This document shows positions 61,101-64,000 of a DNA stretch of 64,000 nt, piece after piece. Every line of letters begins with the position of its first letter. Position 1 is the first letter of the stretch. The notes below the pieces were generated by a model. It was not told the DNA's origin. It saw nothing but the letters and a program-made list of their open reading frames with translations, and made no database searches. This DNA comes from Perkinsus chesapeaki ATCC PRA-425 (taxonomy: Eukaryota > Protista > Perkinsozoa): NCBI GenBank assembly GCA_013115145.1, contig JAAPAO010000129.1:1-64000 (forward strand), given 5' to 3'. A program made the translations under genes and the position numbers.

Positions 61101-62787
61101 CTCCTCCTCCGCAATGCTGCTTGAAGGAACATCATCAGGCACCCCTGTTGTCTCGACCAGAGCCTCAGCCATAACCCCTGGTTCGCCAAGCCCAGGTGCC
61201 CATAGTGGGTTGGATGGCATTGACCGTCTGGCGATGGTGTTGAAGGACTCTATTATGGCAGGAATGGAGAGCAGGTTCGCTAAGGTACGTGCCGGCGGCG
61301 GCGGCGGCAGTGCTGCTGTTGCTTGTAATGAGTGCTGATGCTGCTGCTGTCAGATTGAAGAGGATATCCAAAGTCAAATGAGTAATATGATGGCCCACGT
61401 TCAAATGGTAGACCATAGGGTTGAGATAACCCGTATCGAACAGAAGCAGCTTGCCGAGGAGATCCAGTGCAAGCTCCAGGGCCTCAAGGTGCTGGGGATG
61501 GGCAAATCCTCCCAAGGGCAGGTGGACGTCAGGATTCCCTCGCCCTCCACAGCGGGCAGTTCCTGAATGCGGTTTCCGCAGTAGAGGAGTCGGTGGCCAG
61601 TGTGGTGGCAAGTGAGCTGTCCAGAGAGTAAGCTGATGACATGGTGCCGGTTGACGGTCTATGGTTTCTGTGGCAGGCGAGGGTCCATCTCTGTTATGGG
61701 AGCATCATCATCGATGACCCCCTCCAACTGCCTGACACCTACAGCTCAGGAGTTCACACCCCACCGCATGCCTATCAACAATGTAATGACAGAATCAGCG
61801 GCAGCAGCAGCAAGCTCTACCGGCTTCATACTGCCTCATCTGCCTCAGTTATCAGTGGCATCACCTACCCCGAGTCGACTGGCTAAATCAGCTCCACATG
61901 TCGCTGTTAGGATGGCCCCAACGACACCTGAGAGCTCAGCGGCGGAGGCGGCCCCGACTACCCCGGTAGAAGGCAATGACAGTGCGGAGTCATCCCCGCC
62001 ATTCTCGGACTCGACTCCAAAGAGCTCACCACCTCCCACTGAGACCGATCAGGTAGGCAAGGAGATCGGTGGCTGGTTCAGTGAGTTCGTGCCTCAGGCG
62101 ATTGATCTGTCCACTAAGCTGGCGTCGTCGCTGAGTGAGAGCGGGTTTCATGTCCATCGTGAGGAATACAACTATATGATCTCGTGGAACACAGAGTCCC
62201 TTCATCTGAGGCGGGGCTATCTCATGTGGGCCTTCAAGGCGGCTGGCTTCCACAAGGATGTACAGGAGGCCATCCTTAGGGTTCTGGTGGTAGGCAACCT
62301 TTGCTTTCAGGCGATCAGACCCTATCCAAGTGGCCCTGGGTTGCTGGACGCTATGATACTTATGAAGGCTGGTATTAAGGAATATCACATATCAGCTATT
62401 GGTAGACTTCTGCTGCTGCTGCTGCCCGGGATCCTTCTTTACACTCCCTGCCAGTCTCCTTCATGGCCCGCGTCGTAGACATTGCCGAAAGCGCACAATC
62501 GGCGTTGGTAAGATCTCCTAGGAAGGAGCCCGACGAAGCCTCAGCGTCGAGGATGTTCCGGCAGGTAACATCCCTTGTAGCATATCTCAATTAAAATGTT
62601 TTCTTTTCTATGTTTTTACATTCTTTCCGTAGCTATGATCATTCCTCTTATCGTTGCCTTTCAGATGGTTTCCCAATACCCTGGGATGGTGACTCTCCGT
62701 GAAGAGCTAGGCCACTGGGTGGACAACGAGGGCCTGGACCCAGCTCTGCTCTTAATGCCACACGCTACTATCAATCCGGGCCTGTAA
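58141..62787 (+). CDS. Large hypothetical protein (possibly more than one gene) with two N-terminal TM helices and a coiled coil
   Basis: TM segments GIFLAALLCMGGVVLAWLFIT and AMLLAVVTGSIIFTQVFLS; many plus-strand exons with GT-AG boundaries; heptad-like IEEDIQSQMSNMMAHVQMVDHRVEITRIEQKQLAEEIQCKL. No family recognised. Confidence 0.45.
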
Positions 62788-63182
62788 ATCGAGGCCTGGC
62801 TAAAAAAATATAAAAAAACTTAACCGTTGTTAAAGCAGCAGCAGCAGCAGCAGTAGTGGTGGTGGTGGGGTGTCGCTGTAATAATGGTTTGAAGGACAAG
62901 GAGGAGGAGGAGTAGCAATAACATCAAGCAGCAGAATGATTTTAATAGAGCTTATTTTACCCGATTAACTGATCTCTCGAGGTAACTATACATGTCTCAT
63001 CTTACCACCTTATATTGAGTTATATCATCATCATCACGTCTGCCTCGGGGGAGGTTTGCCATTAACACGACAGTGCCCTCCTCCTCCTGATAAGTATATG
63101 TCTATATGATACATAGATATTTATGAACCATGATAATGATATTGCTGCTGTCTCCTCCATTAGTTCCTAAAGCTCCTCCTCT

Positions 63183-64000
63183 ATGACGGCCACAGGGGTA
63201 CCGGGTTTGTCACCATTCGCCGCTCGACGGCAACGCCGGGCACCATCCCTTCAAGTGGACTGTTCGAGCCAAGCCGCCTCCTATCGTAAACCGTACCGCT
63301 ACAGTCCTTCAGCTGATAGGCCCTCGCCTCGATCTCGAGGCTTGCCAGATAGATTTGTGTGGCATTCGGACAGCAGCCCCTCCGACAGGGCTAATCGCTA
63401 CAGCTCCTGCTCTGGCCGGGGGGACACGAGCCCACTGGAGCCGGGGCCATTGGATTTCAGCCCTACAGGCAAGCGGCTCAACCTCGATCGTTCGGCCACC
63501 TACATCGGTGTTCTTGACCGAGACCAGATTCTGGACGGCGTGCGAGGCGAGGCCGACAAGACCGGGTGGGGAATCACCGCGATTGGGTCCTACTCGTGCC
63601 ACTGTGACTCGACGGCATCCGACACCTTCATGGTCGTGCCTGGTGTCCCTCCTTTGTATTCGCCACCGAAGGATCCTCAGGAAGTCCAATTGAAGAAGCA
63701 TTTGGGGTAAGAGACAGCTGCTGCTGACATCTGTGGGGTATTAGTGTTGTCAGGCCTCCCGAGGACGTACTGCTACACTACGATCTGGCCTATCCCCTCA
63801 GGGCTGCCCAACGTGTAGTCGACCAGTGCACCCCTGGCTTAGATTGGTCGAAGGTCGACCTTGTCACCGATCGAGGCACTTTGTGTGAGCTTCTTCGATT
63901 CCTCGGAGCCATCACCAGCACCAATCAAAAGTCTAAAGCGTTCGAGTTCCCACTTAACGGTGGCCTGCATGACGAGCCTGCCACGGTAGAGTGCAGCTAT
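63183..64000 (+). CDS. 5' part of a protein resembling a fungal-type family often annotated 'geranylgeranyl pyrophosphate synthetase' (possibly RAI1/DXO-like fold); truncated by the window end
   Basis: IGSYSC...FMVVPGVPPLYSPP...LKKHLG|...YPLRAAQRVV...WSKVDLVTDRGTLCELLRFL resembles my recollection of the family motifs IASYNW, LVPGSPP.W.P and VDVVTDRN.LRKLL.F. Confidence 0.55.

Overview
Eukaryotic, intron-rich genomic DNA. Most introns are short GT-AG introns of about 40-60 nt, so the supplied ORFs are exon fragments and I assembled gene models by eye. The gene content, especially an apicomplexan-type ARO with an MGNNCC N-terminus, points to a myzozoan alveolate, most likely Perkinsus (inference). 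About 20 protein-coding genes are present: Mei2-like RRM protein, ARO, RPS28 (hosting an intronic C/D snoRNA), a DWDDT HAD-like protein, ESF1, an eight-domain truncated haemoglobin, a very large TSP1/Cys-repeat type I membrane protein, an ankyrin protein, a CDPK-like kinase, an NCKX exchanger, a DEDD exonuclease with a dsRBD-like domain, an HGGG-repeat protein, TRAPPC8, eIF4A, cytochrome b5, a MORN-SAM-TKL (pseudo)kinase and several hypotheticals. A gene-poor stretch at about 47-51 kb holds a 1.4-kb non-autonomous DNA transposon with GANTC-packed arms. The most unusual item is the single gene encoding eight tandem 2/2 globins in an alternating (A-B)x4 pattern. No CRISPR array, rRNA or complete tRNA was found. 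Gene ends are approximate where stated.
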